A stretch of DNA of 63,946 nt, the filler included, from Conidiobolus incongruus B7586 (taxonomy: Eukaryota): the NCBI GenBank assembly GCA_000697335.1. It is 5 parts of 5 records of this genome, joined end to end, with 100 filler letters (N's around TTAATTAATTAA, not from the genome) between each part and the next. Parts side by side here need not be neighbours in the genome. Positions count along the whole stretch, not along the records: positions 1 to 30,413 come from JNEM01006284.1; 4 more parts are not named here. One strand, 5' to 3'. Under the pieces are notes generated by a model. It ran no database searches, was not told the origin of the DNA, and saw only the letters and a list, made by a program, of their open reading frames with translations. A program made the translations under genes and the position numbers. Below, one piece after another: positions 14,360-28,346 of this stretch (the first letter of the stretch is position 1; every line of letters starts with the position of its first letter).

Positions 14360-14775
14360 AGTAATACAGTAAATTAAACTTCAATTAAAACATCTTTGGA
14401 GAGTCTAAAAGCTTCAAAGGAGTCACGAACGGGTTTGGAAGGGAAGTACCTATGATTTCATTGACAGAAATTATCTATATTCTTAGGGTAAATATTGTCC
14501 TTGACTACTTTTAAACTTGAAGCACCCGCAAGTAAAATTCCCAAATTTTCGAGAGCTTGACGAGTTTGAGTTTTGATACCTTTTACAAGTTTCATAGGTT
14601 CGATTTTGAGAAGAATTTTACCATATACAAATAAATATCCGTTCACTTTGTTAGCTTGAGAGTAAGAACTAATTGCTTTAAAATCTGTATCTAGAAATAT
14701 TTTTGATAATCAAGTTAAAACTTTTTATTAAAACTAATTGATTGAGTATGCAAAGATATAGACTCAATTTTTTTC
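14360..14775 (-). pseudogene. RidA/YjgF/UK114 (Mmf1/Hmf1-like) pseudogene
   Basis: Translation AISSYSQANKVNGYLFVYGKI...QTRQALENL...VVK...YFPSKPVR...RLSKDVLIEV matches the family pattern YSQA/SGQI/QTRQALENL/PAR/LPKDVLIE, with in-frame stops. Confidence 0.82.
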
Positions 14776-15949
14776 AAAAAGTATTTAAAAGATCATTTTC
14801 ATCAGATATAAAATGTTAAAATGAACTTAACTATATCATTGATTTTCACTCAAGATATTTTCTTCAAAATGATTTGTCAATGATCATCAAAAAAAATTGA
14901 CGTAAATTTTAGATAATCATTTAACTTTGAGTACTTCTTTGTGACGAATTTCCAATGTGAGCAACTTTCAATTGAATTTAATATCATATTATTATATTAA
15001 AGTTTTAATAATTACTTTGAAATTATAATCAGCTTTATCTACCAATTCTTTCAAAATGATATTATTTTTCAAATTAAATCCTATATATTGAAATCAAAAT
15101 TTGTTATTAAGCTCAATTTTCAAACTGCAATACAACAGCAGCTTGAGCTAACGAAAATTAATTATTTTGATCTAAGATAATCTATACATATAATATTTGA
15201 TTAGATATAGACCTTTATTTAAAATATTAAAAACCTCAATATACATATAATTTTCAGATTGAATAATATTGACCTGTTCACATTGTTTTCCAAATATTTT
15301 TTGAAAATTTTTATGGTTTGATTATTTTAATTTTTCTTTAAAAAAAGTATAAACGATTATTATATACTCTCTAGTGTTCAAATTTAATATGTCTTCAAAT
15401 AATATTTACTCTCTTTTTGAAATTATTATTCACTTGATTAAAATATTTTGTATTTTAAAGCAAATCAAGGAAAAATTTGATAATAATTTATATCAATCAA
15501 ATGTTAAAGTCTGTACAGTTAAAAAACATACAATATTTAATATAATTTTAAAAAAACATTTTAAATAATCCTCTATTAGTATAAAGAATATAAATGTTTT
15601 TCATCTATAAATTTTTCTTGTAAAATTGTCTTTTTATATTCTTTCATGAATTAAAATAAATATAAAAATATTATTGGATGAATACCTTATTAGTTAAATA
15701 TCATAATATACTTCTTATATATTGTACTAAAATTAGATTTGAATAGAATAATCAGATATATGATAAAATATACAATATTTAAAATTATTTTGATATTTTG
15801 AATTTCAATGAATATCATATATATATCTGTTAGCATATAAGTAATAAAATTTAATTCAATTCATAATATATAACCAATAAAATATTTCAATTCTAAATCA
15901 GATAAAGATATAATCTGATTATTAAGATAAATTTATAATAATTAACTGA

Positions 15950-17250
15950 ATAAATTAGATACTTGATAAAGCTAAGTGTTTTTAAACTTAATTTTTTAAA
16001 TTTATTTTAAAAACTTATATAGCTAATATTTTATTTCACCGTATCTACTCTTATAATTATTATTTAATAAGATTATTAAAATTAAATAAATACTATATTA
16101 ATATAAAGTATTAAATCAATTATTAGATTCAAAATATTGATATTTAAATAAATATTAATATCAATAATAGTTCGTTTTATTAGATAAATTAAATGTAAAA
16201 TAATGGTAGATAGTGATATAAAACTATAATTGATAATGAATTAATATAAACTATATAGAAATATAGCTTTTTGTATTCAGAAAATATATTTATTATATAT
16301 TGATATAAAATATCTAATTAAAATTAAAAACAATGATTATAGATTGATAATAATTGTTTTAAATCCTAAGGAATTTAGTTAAAAAATAATAATTAAGAAA
16401 TATTAAAGAAATTTAAATAAATAAAAGACTATATTTATTAATTTAATCAAGGTTATTTATATATTAATTTATTTTAAAATCAAAGTAATTAATATTATAA
16501 TAGAATATTTTATTTATAATTAATAAAATATAAATTTATTGAATATATTAAATATTAACTCTATAATTTAATAAATAACTAAACTTTTTTAAGTTTAAAT
16601 TTCCATTTTATAAAAGGATTTTATTAAAAGATATTTTTTTATTTTATCATATTTATTAATATAAAACAATAATATTATAATTTAAAATTCATATATTATG
16701 ACTTCTATTAAATTTTATCTTAAATATAATTATAATAAATATATAATAAATTTTAATATATTATATATTATCAAGCAAAAATGTTTATATTAAAATTTTA
16801 AAATTATTATTCAAAATTTTAAGATAAAATTTAAACTATTTAGTAAAAAGATAAAATAAATATTAATTATATCAAATTTTGTCAATTTTTATTATTAAAA
16901 TTAATTATCATTTTATAATATATATTGTAATATTAAAATTCATTATAATTTTTAATTTAATAATATTTGTTATATATTTTTATAATAATTTTTAGCTAAA
17001 ATTATGGAAACTTTATTTATTAAATAAGTTTAAACCTGTTCTATATTTATCATATTTTCTAAAAATCAAAAATCTTAAATATAATATCTTGATAAAAAAA
17101 TTAGATTTAAAAAGATTTATTAAATATTTAATTTTAAATTTTAAATATATATGTAATTTTAAAAATAGATTATAAAAAGCTATATAAAAACACTAAGAAG
17201 TTACCATTAATATAAATTTTATAATTAAATATGAAGGAAGATAGAGAAAT
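15950..17250 (-). mobile_element. Highly decayed Ty3/gypsy pol relic (protease/RT region); boundaries approximate
   Basis: Extremely AT-rich block. 17160-17210 resembles 63680-63740 and 16380-16470 resembles 63150-63245, where RT-like remnants are readable. Confidence 0.4.
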
Positions 17251-17764
17251 TAAAAATTTAATATTTCTGCTCTATTTTCTTTATTTGAATAAATATTAAA
17301 AATTAGCGGACTTTTCAAACTATTGCATATTTTGATTTAAAGCATCAAATATTATTCTGAAACAATATTAGTTTAATCATCATAATGGCCATTTTATGAA
17401 GTTCAAATTATTTTATTATATTAATAATTTTCATTTAATTTATATATAGATTGAATTATATTAATATAATATCCAAGTAATATTGAAATTCCTAAATATT
17501 AAAATAATGAGTTAAATTCTCATTAAAAATTAAAATTTATATTCATTTACAAAATAAGTGAGTTATATAATACATGCAAAATACAGTATTTTATAAATAT
17601 TTTAAATATATTAAATATTTCTTATAATAATTGAAAAAAAATTTGATCTGAATAATTATAGAGTTCAATATAATTTTTAACTTATCTATATGTTATATTT
17701 TAAAATAAATTAATCAGTTTAAATTTATTAGTCTAATAATTTGTAATCATTTATAGCTAAAAGA

Positions 17765-18330
17765 TACATGGTGCTTGTGGTACATATAGATGATATAAAG
17801 TAAAATAAAACTCTGAAAAGATAACAAAAGTAAGTACAATCAATGATTTCCTACTTCAAGATTTAAATTATAAATCAACCGATTGTATAATCCACATATC
17901 AAGCTTCTATCCTGAAATCAGCTCAGAATTATGCAATCATATATGTAAAATTACTAGTACTTTTTATGTTTATTTATCAACTTGCCTCAAACACATAAGG
18001 TAAACATATAGTAATTTATGCACTCATCATGTATCCATAAAATATCAGGAACATAATACCAATTAAATCACTTCTCAGAAATTATCATTAAACCTAGCAG
18101 TACAAGCTTGGAATGAAAGGACAATTCAAAGACCATCATATCAAGATTTATTCCAAAGATTAGGACCTGGCAGAGAGTATCGAATTAGAACGATATATAG
18201 GTTGGGAGCCTTCAAGAAGTGTGGGGAAAATGATGGTTAGTGGTGATGTATTGGGATGCTACAACACTATTTCGGGACAACCTGTTTTACTTTTTCAAAG
18301 CACTGTTTCACTATAGATGATGCAATGCCA
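17765..18330 (+). pseudogene. Probable GH18 class III chitinase pseudogene
   Basis: GC-richer island with colinear remnants GACGTY, FYPE, AWNE, HIKIY and VMYWDA (18243), resembling the GGVMLWDA motif; frameshifted. Confidence 0.4.
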
Positions 18331-18462
18331 ACGACATTACTCACTTTGAGGTCGAACCTAGTTGCAATCATTTCAAAATTTACCATAGAATTCACAAAAA
18401 TTACTAAATGGAATAAATTTTTATAATTTTTTTAAATTAAACAATTTAAGAATTAAAATTAC

Positions 18463-18711
18463 TGTGAAACTACGGACTTAAAGATTGAAATATTCAACAT
18501 CAGAATTATGAACTTCAGACATTATGACCGAAACAAATATTGGTTACACCCTGTAGCACCTTGACATATACTTGTTCATGAAGATAGGTGTACAAAAGCA
18601 AAGAGTTAAAACCACTCTTCTCAATCTCAATTGACTTATAATAGTTGTACACACTTACTAACATCTCGGAATAAAATTTTAACTACCACTTATAATATAA
18701 TAAATTTCACT
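18463..18711 (+). mobile_element. Possible solo LTR
   Basis: Begins TGTGAAA and ends TTTCAC(T), with internal AATAAA near 18670; no target-site duplication found. Confidence 0.3.
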
Positions 18712-19537
18712 AGAATCTACTTGGTATGCATTAGAAATGTGTTATACCATCCAAATAGCTATATATAATAATATGTTTTTATTTGATTATTGTTATAATT
18801 TCATTTATATTAGTTGAATTATTTATCAAAAGATCTTTGTCAAAAACGATCAATTTTCAAAATCTTCAGATTTGGTTTTAATACTAGTTAATCAACTTTT
18901 GTAACTATTAAGATATTGCCTTACACTGGAAAGGAACTAAAATGAAAATTAATTACACTCGGCATTCTACAACATTATAAAGCTTCAAACAATATTAACA
19001 AAAAATTCTAAAGTTCTGACTAATATAATAATTTAAATAATAGATAATTTTATCCCATTTTATAATTGAAACAATTTGAATAATTTTGAATATATTCATT
19101 AAATTATAAATAAATAAAAATTAAAATATTCAAATTGAGTAATTATTTTTTTTATAAAATTTTGAAAATTTCAAATCAATATATTATTTTATTAAAAATG
19201 AAATATCTTTTTTTATATATTTTAATATTTTTAAAAACTTAATAATGAATTGATTATTATATGCTATTATTTAATTTTTATTTAATATAATATTTTGAAA
19301 AAAAAATTTATATTTTTTTCTATTTTTTCTAAAAAATTTTGGGATTAATAATTTCTATATTTGAAACAATAAATAATGTTTCAAAAATCTTTGATAGGTT
19401 TTAATTAAAATGATGAAATTTAATTTATAAGGTTTAGTGTTTAAAATTTTTAGCTTTTAACTCTTTTTATTACTTTTTCATTATTGTACTATATTAATTG
19501 CTAAATTATAAATATTGTTAAAGAGATAGTTATACCA

Positions 19538-20233
19538 ATGGTAACAACCCTAACAAACTGGATCTCAATACTATTGCTAATACTGTCTGGAATTCAATGC
19601 CACATGGAACTAGCATATCCAAATCCCCGAAAATCCAAGTATAGCGACTACTACCGCCAATTAGATTTAGTTGACTGGTCATTAAGTGCACCTGTAGGGA
19701 ATTCAGTGCAACAAAACTTTCCAATGCCATGTCGTGGTACTGATCCAGGACCGATAGAGGCGTTATACAATCCGGGAGATACTATCAAATTTCGGTTTTA
19801 TAATCAGACTAGTCACAATGGCGGTCATTGCCAGTTCTCAATAAGTTATGATGGTGTCAAGTGGGGTGTGTTGAAGACGGTTATCAGGAATTGTTTTCTT
19901 GACACTTTGACTTATAATGTTCAGTTGCCGGAAAATGCACCACCTAGCGATCGGGCTGTGATAGCTTGGACTTGGATCAACGCTACTGGCACGCGAGAAT
20001 TCTATATGAATTGCGTCGACATTACGATCGGAGGGACCAACACGCATAATAAATTGATATTACCGGAAATGTTCGTAGCGAATTTACCGGGGTTTACGAA
20101 GATACCGGAATTTACGGAGGGGTATGACTATTCAGATTTGTACGATAGTCAACCCAAGATCGTAGTAGGGTTGAGTTTGGAACAGATAAGGGAGTGGGAG
20201 AGTAATCATTTGGATGATATTCCTCTAGTTTAA
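19538..20233 (+). CDS. Secreted AA11-like lytic polysaccharide monooxygenase (chitin-active, predicted)
   Basis: Signal peptide followed by His1 (C|HMELAYP), HNGGHCQFSISYD and WTWIN..G.REFYMNC.D motifs; single exon. Confidence 0.85.
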   Translation: MVTTLTNWISILLLILSGIQCHMELAYPNPRKSKYSDYYRQLDLVDWSLSAPVGNSVQQNFPMPCRGTDPGPIEALYNPGDTIKFRFYNQTSHNGGHCQFSISYDGVKWGVLKTVIRNCFLDTLTYNVQLPENAPPSDRAVIAWTWINATGTREFYMNCVDITIGGTNTHNKLILPEMFVANLPGFTKIPEFTEGYDYSDLYDSQPKIVVGLSLEQIREWESNHLDDIPLV

Positions 20234-20409
20234 TCCTTTATTTTATTAGTATATTATTTCTGCTATTAATTAATAATTACTTAAATTTGATTATTCATTA
20301 GATAGAATACTATAAGAGAAGTATAAAATTAACATATAAATTTTAAATTATAAAAATAGATAAAATCATTTAATTTTAAAAAATCTTATAATCACAAATA
20401 TCTGTGATT

Positions 20410-21850
20410 AATTTAAAGCTTTTTTTATTACTCAAATGAAACGTCTCACTCCATCTAATATATCAGTCATCGAGTAGGGTGCTATCTGTTGACAGTTGAA
20501 ACCTCTTCAAACATGGAATACTCCATGATGAAGTAGATTTCTGTAAATGGTATATAGGTCTATATCCTTATCTAATAAGAGACATAATTGACAGTATTTT
20601 TTCATTATTTTCGGAAGTGATAATTTTCAACTTTAACAAGAGATTAAAATTTGGATGAATAAAAAGTTCCAAATAATGAGTAAGTAAAAAAAAACTGTCC
20701 ACGGAGTAAAGACATATCAAGTTAGTCATAAATATCTAAAGGACAGTGGAGTACTAGGACATCAATGTCATTTGGACTGGAAAGTTGGAAGCTTGCAGCA
20801 TCCGGTGACAGTTCCAGTTGGTTAGTGCACTGGAATCGAGTCTCGCGCTGATGTACACATCAGCTGATGAACCGATATAAATCTTTTTTGAAGACTTGCT
20901 TCTCGTGTAAGATCAGATCTCCGATGTTGTTCAGACTGTATCATAAATATTTGTAGGCGTGTCAGCATGCGTTATTCAAGTTCCATTCATTCAAATGTAT
21001 CGGAGTGTTGCTGAATGCGTGCGTCCAACCGGCCTGACTATACTGCCTCCACCATGGCCTCTCTTGACCTGTGTAATAATGAGTCCGTGGCACCATAATC
21101 ACAGAAAACTGGTCCCCTTTTACTTCGATAATGTTGGAAATATCATCGTGTCTCAGGAAATACTGATCATTATTGGGTCTCAAATAAATGACATCCTTAT
21201 CTTGATTCAAATCGTGGTTATTTATCTGAGCTTGAACCGCTTAATTATCACTTGAAAACGTCTTATCTTCCAGCAAAGCCTTATAATTTATTCCTGCTGT
21301 AGACTAGTGAAATACATTCAACAAGTAGTACAAAATCATTGCCAATTTGAACATAGTTGCGATTATGATGATTATACCACTTTAATGTCACAATGGTTAA
21401 ACATTGATCATACACTATAAGCAACATAATATTCACCAACTGCTTTAGCAATTTTGGATACACTTTGACTACCAATATAAATTCATGATCTATGAAAACG
21501 GTGATGAAAGTAAGCCTAAAAAGTCCAAATAAAAGCCAATATATAATATAACGTAATACAAAGTTGATTCTTTTGCAAATTACTATTTTGACTATACTTC
21601 CAACTCAATTAATTTCTTACTTGGAAGATTTAATAATTAAGGCTACTTGCTAACCAGATAAATATGATTTTCGTCAGAGCTCTTATCAAACTATGACTAT
21701 CAAGAATGAGCCATTTATCTGAATTTTAAATTTAGTAATAAGGTAATTAGGTCTAACATCCTCAGGTTCAATATCCCTAACTCCTTGGTATAAATTACTC
21801 CTATCTATTCTTCTAGAAACTTTGATATAATTTTCAATGATTATAAAGTT
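20410..21850 (-). pseudogene. Kynureninase pseudogene, intron-containing duplicate of 24058-25577
   Basis: Colinear similarity to all exons of the neighbouring gene (DVIYLRP..FLRHDDI, HYYTGQ, HAFSNTPIHLNEWN), with retained intron positions, stops and frameshifts. Confidence 0.9.
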
Positions 21851-22022
21851 TATTTTAGAATTTTTTAAGATTTAACTTTAATTTTGTTAATATAAAAATT
21901 AAAATTAAAATTAAAAAATATTTTTTTGATGATAATTTTTAAAAAAAATTTTTCTGCCTAAATTATATTGAATTTTATTTTTAATGGTTAAATTATTTAA
22001 TATATTGGAACTTGATTAAGAT

Positions 22023-23525
22023 TGTCGCATCCTGTTCCCTTGGATAAACGAGATTAAGGAACCAGTCCCGTGGACCATTACAAGGATACACCATTGCACA
22101 ACCATACCTCCACAAACTCTTAAAATACCTTTAAATACACCAGTAGCTTCTACCATGGAAGCTTGATTTTTGGTTCATATTCAAAATTACAATTCTACTA
22201 CCAATTATCCTCTTCTATATCCATCACTTTCAAGCGTAACACCCCCACCTTGGTGTTACTGAAATCACCCACTAACTTATCACTAGTTGTACCATTCCAC
22301 TTACTTATCTCAATAAAAAAATCTATTCTACTATAATTTTTTTCTTTATTTATTTTCACTCATTATAACATAATTTTACAACATGGCTCTCATTCGTTCT
22401 AATCTGCCCAATTTGCAGTTAATCCCATATGATGAACCCAATCGGATGGCCATTGCGACCCAACTGGTCCTCATGGCCCCTAGAGTTGTAGATCACATAG
22501 TCACTTATATCTCCGACCATCATGGCGAAATATTGGAGCTGGCATTAAAACCCTTAGCTAACCTTGTTACAACTGGCACCCAACCAAACCCTCAATTTTC
22601 GATTTCTCAGCCCACTTGGTCTATGAACTGGGTCGATAGATTAGTGAAAGATGTGTTCGCATTCTTGAGATGGAGCTCCAAACCTTCTGACGATAATTCT
22701 CTTAACAGAGGTGACAATTATGAAACAAACACATCTACTCTAACAGTTAAGAGAGAATCTATTGTAGAAGAGAGCATGAAGTCTCTGAAATCTGCTTTAG
22801 AGCTTCGTCGAAAAATCGATCCTGACCTCAAGCCATTAACCTTGGGTCCTTCCAATATTGAACTCAAGGCTAGTGAGAAGGAAGACGAATATACATTCTT
22901 AGATAAAGAATCGCCTATCCCACAGAAAGCATCTGAAACTCAACGAGCTCCTCAAAGTAATCCGGTGTTACCCACTTTTATTCCCTCATCAATTAATGCT
23001 GATACCAATAATACCAGTCATAATAATGATCTTAACAGCGAATTATTAACCCAAATTTTAAAATTAATCACCAATCAGCACAACCAAGGTCCCAAAATAC
23101 CTTCGCCCTTGTCAAAAAACTTATTTTTCGATGGCTCGAGGAAACAAGACGCAGTAGCCTTCTTAGCTCGATTTAATCACGATGCTCAGCGTAATGGATG
23201 GATTGACAGTGACAAGGCCGCGTGGTTCTCAGATTACCTGCGAGAAGAAGCATCGATCTGGTTTTGGTATCAGTTTCCATACGGATGCAACAACTGGCAA
23301 GGTTTGAGCCAATCATTCCTCCAAAACTATGCACCAACGTGCACTGCAACTCATGTGAGAGTTAAATTAGAAGTAGTTAAAAAACAATAAGTTCACCTCG
23401 AACCTTGTATCAACCATTTCACTTCGGTATTACGAGGATTTCCCCCTCAACTATTAGGTGAAGAAGTGATTCGGTTGTTTACCATGGGTGTACCTCATGA
23501 ATTTTATTCTTATACTTTGCAACAA
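22023..23525 (+). mobile_element. 3'-truncated Ty3/gypsy LTR retrotransposon: putative 5' LTR 22023-22241 and gag 22383-23390, with gag-like reading continuing past the stop to about 23525
   Basis: Capsid-like FDGS..DAVAFLARF...NGW.D.DK.....YLREEASIWF. After the TAA the frame continues ...EEVIRLFTMGV. LTR candidate TGTCGC...GCGTAACA. No pol seen. Confidence 0.82.
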
Positions 23526-24057
23526 ATATTTAAAAAATCAATATTAATTATTTTTATAATTTTAAATTAATTAAAATAATTTTAATACTTTTTAAAATAA
23601 TATTTTTATTAATTTTGAAAAAAATTTTTTTTAATATTAATATTCAAAAATAAGAATTTAAAATAGAAATAAAATCAAAAGTTAAATAATATTTATAAAA
23701 TTAATTTATTCTTAAATAAAAATCTTTAGATAATATTAATTGAGATCATAAATATAATATTCAAATAGTATATTTAAATCTAATGTAAAATCATAAAAAT
23801 TATAGAGGTTAATTCTATAAAATTCATACTGTTAGTAATTAATTTAAATAATTTAGTTGTATAATATAATATAATATTATAAAAATATATTATTATTTGA
23901 ATAATTAATTAATTAATTAAAAATTATAATTATTACCAAAATTTGATAATATAAATAATTTATAATAATTATATATAATTTATATAATAAATTATTATTT
24001 TATGAGAATTATTATTTTTAAATAAATTAAAGTTTTAATAATTAATTGTGATAAATT

Positions 24058-25577
24058 TTAATTTAAAACTTTTTCTAATACTTCCACAAAGCGTCTCACT
24101 TCGTCAAAGGTATTGATCATGGGGTAGGGTGCAACTCGGATACAGTTGGGTCGTCTTTCATCTGTCATTACGCCGTGGTGGAGCAAATCTTTGTATACGG
24201 TGTCTAAATCGACATCACCCTTGAGTAGGAGTGACAGTTGACATCCCCTGTTATCAGGATTTTCAGATGTCATAATTTCAACTTTAGCATCCAAGTTAGA
24301 ATTGGAACGAAGTAAAGCTTCGAGGTAGCCTGTGAGTAATAAAGACTGCTTGCGGAATGTGGACATTCCAACCTCGTCATAAATCTCTAAAGATCCCTGG
24401 AGTGCGACGACGTTTGTGACACTGGGATTGGAGAGCTGGAAGCCTGCAGCTCCTGGCGACAATTCCAACTGGTTAGACATTTGGAATCTAGTTTTGGGAT
24501 TGTGTGCCCACCAGCCGATCAAACGATTCAGATCTCCTTTGTTGGCGAACTTTTCGTGCACAAACAATCCCCCAATGTTGCCTGGACCTGATGCCAAATA
24601 TTTGTAAGTGCACCAGCATGCGAAGTCGACATTCCATTCATTCAGGTGGAGAGGAATGTTACCCACAGCATGTGCCAAATCAAACCCCACGGTACATCCT
24701 TTGGCATGACCTCTCTTCGTAATCTCTTCCATTGGGAATACTTGACCAGTGTAATACTGAATACCGGGCAATATAATTAAAGCAATCTGATCACCTTGTT
24801 CCTCAATGATTTTATAAATATCTTCGTGTCTGATCAAATGCTCATCTTTTTTAGGCTTTAAGTAAATGATATCCGTATCGGGATTCAAATTATGGTGCTT
24901 GACTTGGGTTTGGATGGCGTAATGATCACTTGGGAATGCTTTATCTTCCATTAGGATCTTGTATCTGGTTTGTGTAGGCTTGTAAAATGCGTTCAATAAA
25001 AAGTGAAGATTGGCTGTCAGTGTGCACATGATGGCAGTTTCAATAGGTTTAGCACCTATATATTATAATTAATATTGATCTTATATTTCAATAATCAATA
25101 CAATATTTACCAACTACTTTAGCCATTTTAGGTAAACTGGGAGCATCAATTTCCACCCAAGGCCTTTGGTAATCGTGTTTAAAGTGACCAAATACACCTC
25201 TAATAAAATATTAATATATTATAATATTTGTTTAATTTTCTAATACTTTTTAGACCATACTTCTAACTCTTCCTCAATGAGTTTCTTACTTCTGCGGTTT
25301 AGTAGACCTAGAGAGTTACTAACAAGGTAAATAACTTCGGAATCGGGATTTTCAGCAACTAATAATTTCTAATTAGTGATTTTAATTGGTATAGAGTAAT
25401 TGAGTTGTTACCTCTATTGTCAGGTTGAATATCACCCACCTTAGGGATAAAGTACTCCTTGCGATAGTGACTTAGTCTTTGGGATAATTCCAATTGATCC
25501 AACTTATTAGCAAACTCTTTAGAATTTAAAGGCAAATTAAATTCTTGTTGATACTGGTCAATGTTCATAACTGTCAT
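24058..25577 (-). CDS. BNA5: Kynureninase (PLP-dependent), 4 exons
   Basis: NSLGL, KAFPSDHYA, GIQYYTGQ, GFDLAHAVGN, CWCTYKYL (PLP lysine), GWWAH and RGCQLSL motifs; three short 5' introns (first at 25411-25359). Confidence 0.96.
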
Positions 25578-28346
25578 GATATTTAATTTAGGTGATGTGG
25601 TTACATTAGAGAGAGTATTTATACTCAATTGAATGGATAAATTTTGGGATTGTCAAGTGATTGATATTGAATATGGTGTGTGAATATGATTGTATAATTT
25701 TATAAAAATTTATTAATGGGAATTATAATAATATTGGACAATCAATAATTATTGTAATTGTGATATTTTCAACTAACTTGGTGTTATTTAAAATAAAATA
25801 TTCTTTTTGATAAGTTTTAATGAATATACCAAAAGAAAGTATTTGATAGTAATATAATCAAAGCTTTTTATAAAAAATTATTTTGAAATTTTAACAAAAA
25901 ATAAAAGATAAAATAAAATTAATTCAAATAATGAATAATAATGAATTTATAAAATATTATCATATCTAATAATATCCTATTAAAAAATGAATTTACTGTA
26001 AAAAAGGATTTCAAAAAAATATAATTAATGTGATTTATTTCATATTTATATTATTCATCAAAATTGATATTTATTCATAAAATTTTGATAATTGAAAAAG
26101 TGTTTAAAAGTACAATGAATGAAGAAAAATTTTTCATATTTGGTCAAATTAAAAATAAAATAGACAATATAAATCTATTCAAATGCTTATTAAAATAAAA
26201 TATTCTATTAGATTAATATTTATTAACAAAGGCTCATAATGGATTAAACACATAAAACATAAAAATCTCAAATTAATTCATTTATCATATTATATTTTAT
26301 TTGATAACATCTTTATTATTCTGTACATTGCATTTATTCAAGTTAAACTATATTTAAATCAAATTGGTATATTCAGAATTCTATATATTTTTGAGGATTA
26401 TAATGGTGATAGAATACTAATTTTGATTTTAGTATTAATTGTATTACTTTACAAACACTCTTTTTCATCTGTTACAATTAAAATTTGTTTTTTTGATCAG
26501 TGAATAACTGATAAGATTATCATATTTAAAAATAGCTTTATTTCAATAATCAAGATGAATTCATCATTATTAGTTTAATTGTATGATATTATCAGGAGAA
26601 TGAATTGATTTGATATTTACCTAATGATGAAGTATAATAATATTGAGATAAATTATCAGGGTAATAGATTTGTAATTTTAATCAAAATATCATTTTGAAT
26701 AATTGTTTAATTGTAATTTGAAGGTATAGACAGCTTCGTCAATTATATATTTCCCTTCATCGTCCAATGACCAATTTATTCAAGCAATTTAAACAACCAG
26801 AACCTTTTGAGATTATTTAAATTGATTACAAATAATTAAAGGTTTGTAGTAATGTGACAGTATCATATTTAATAGAGATACTGAAGTTTACAATTTCGAA
26901 ATTGTTGAGTATACAGTTAATCGATCTATTTATCATTTCGGGGTTAATATTAAATATAATATATTGTTTTGATATTATTAAAATTTGAAATTTTTCTAAT
27001 GTGTTAATCATATTATATCATAAGATTTTCAATATATACATTATAAAACTCATTAATTAATGTAATTAAAATATATTAGGAATATTCATTATACATATCA
27101 ACTAATCATGAATGAGGTAAGATCAAATTTTTACAATTTTATGGTCCCTACCAAAGAGATTACATTATATATTATTGGTAATATGAAAAATTCCCAAATA
27201 TTAAGCATATATTATAAAGTTATTATTAATAATTTCAATTAATAAACAACTATATTAAGCATAGAATGTAATTAATTTTATAAAATTATATTAAATGATA
27301 TATAAATTATGCTTATAATTAAATTTGTTAAATATTTAATTATAATGTATTTAATTTCAGAGTAAACTAGACTTTGTAATGGTTTCAATTAATGAATATT
27401 ATTATTAACCAAATAAAATTGCGCCAAGTCAAAATTATAATGGAAAATAAAATATTTCAATTATAATATTATTATTTCACTTTATAATAATATTACTGTA
27501 ATTTGTAATAGGTGAAAGTTATTATTATGAAATTTTAATGTGAATTATATTAATTGTACTAGGTGATAAATGATCAATAATTTAAAATTTTCAACTGTGA
27601 TTTTCAAAATAATAATTAAGATAATTTATATTTGATAAATTTTATTGATTGTAATGAGTAAAAACATTTTAATTGGTTTTATTATTATAAATTTAACAAT
27701 TTGTAACAGTTAAAATTTGATTAAAACATATAGTTTTGATTACTTACCTTTTTTGTAATAGTTTACAACAACTCGTTTAATTGATAATTAAGGAAATTTG
27801 ATTTTTGTAGTAAGTGAGAGTATTAGAATATATTACTATTTTTTAATTTTATATTCATGTTAGAAAGACATTAATATATTAAATTGGATTTTAAATCATG
27901 ATAATCAATTCGAACTTTTATCAATTATTGTCTTTATATATAATTACTATCATAATTAACCAAAATATATTTCCTATAGCTAGTGGTATTAATAATATAT
28001 ATATATATAATTTAATATAGTAATTTTTATTTATAAATAAATTCAAATTATTGGGATACTGAAATTTAATCATATTTTTTTAGCAAATTAACCATGCAAA
28101 ACCTAGATAATTTCATTACATCAATTAAATTTTTATTGATATTTATAAAATAAAATTAAATAAAATGATATAATCATTATCAGTTAACTTGGTTAATGGT
28201 TTTAAAATTATAAACTTACTTAATTTATTTTTTTTTAATTAAATTTATATTAATATATATTATAAATTTAAAACTATTTTTCAAAATTATTTAAAATTAT
28301 TAAATAAGAATAATATGAAATTTTCATAAATTTATGCTAATAATAT

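Noticed and set aside
23388..23390. TAA within gag as programmed readthrough
   Set aside because: It falls inside the capsid-like domain of a truncated element; a nonsense mutation is simpler.
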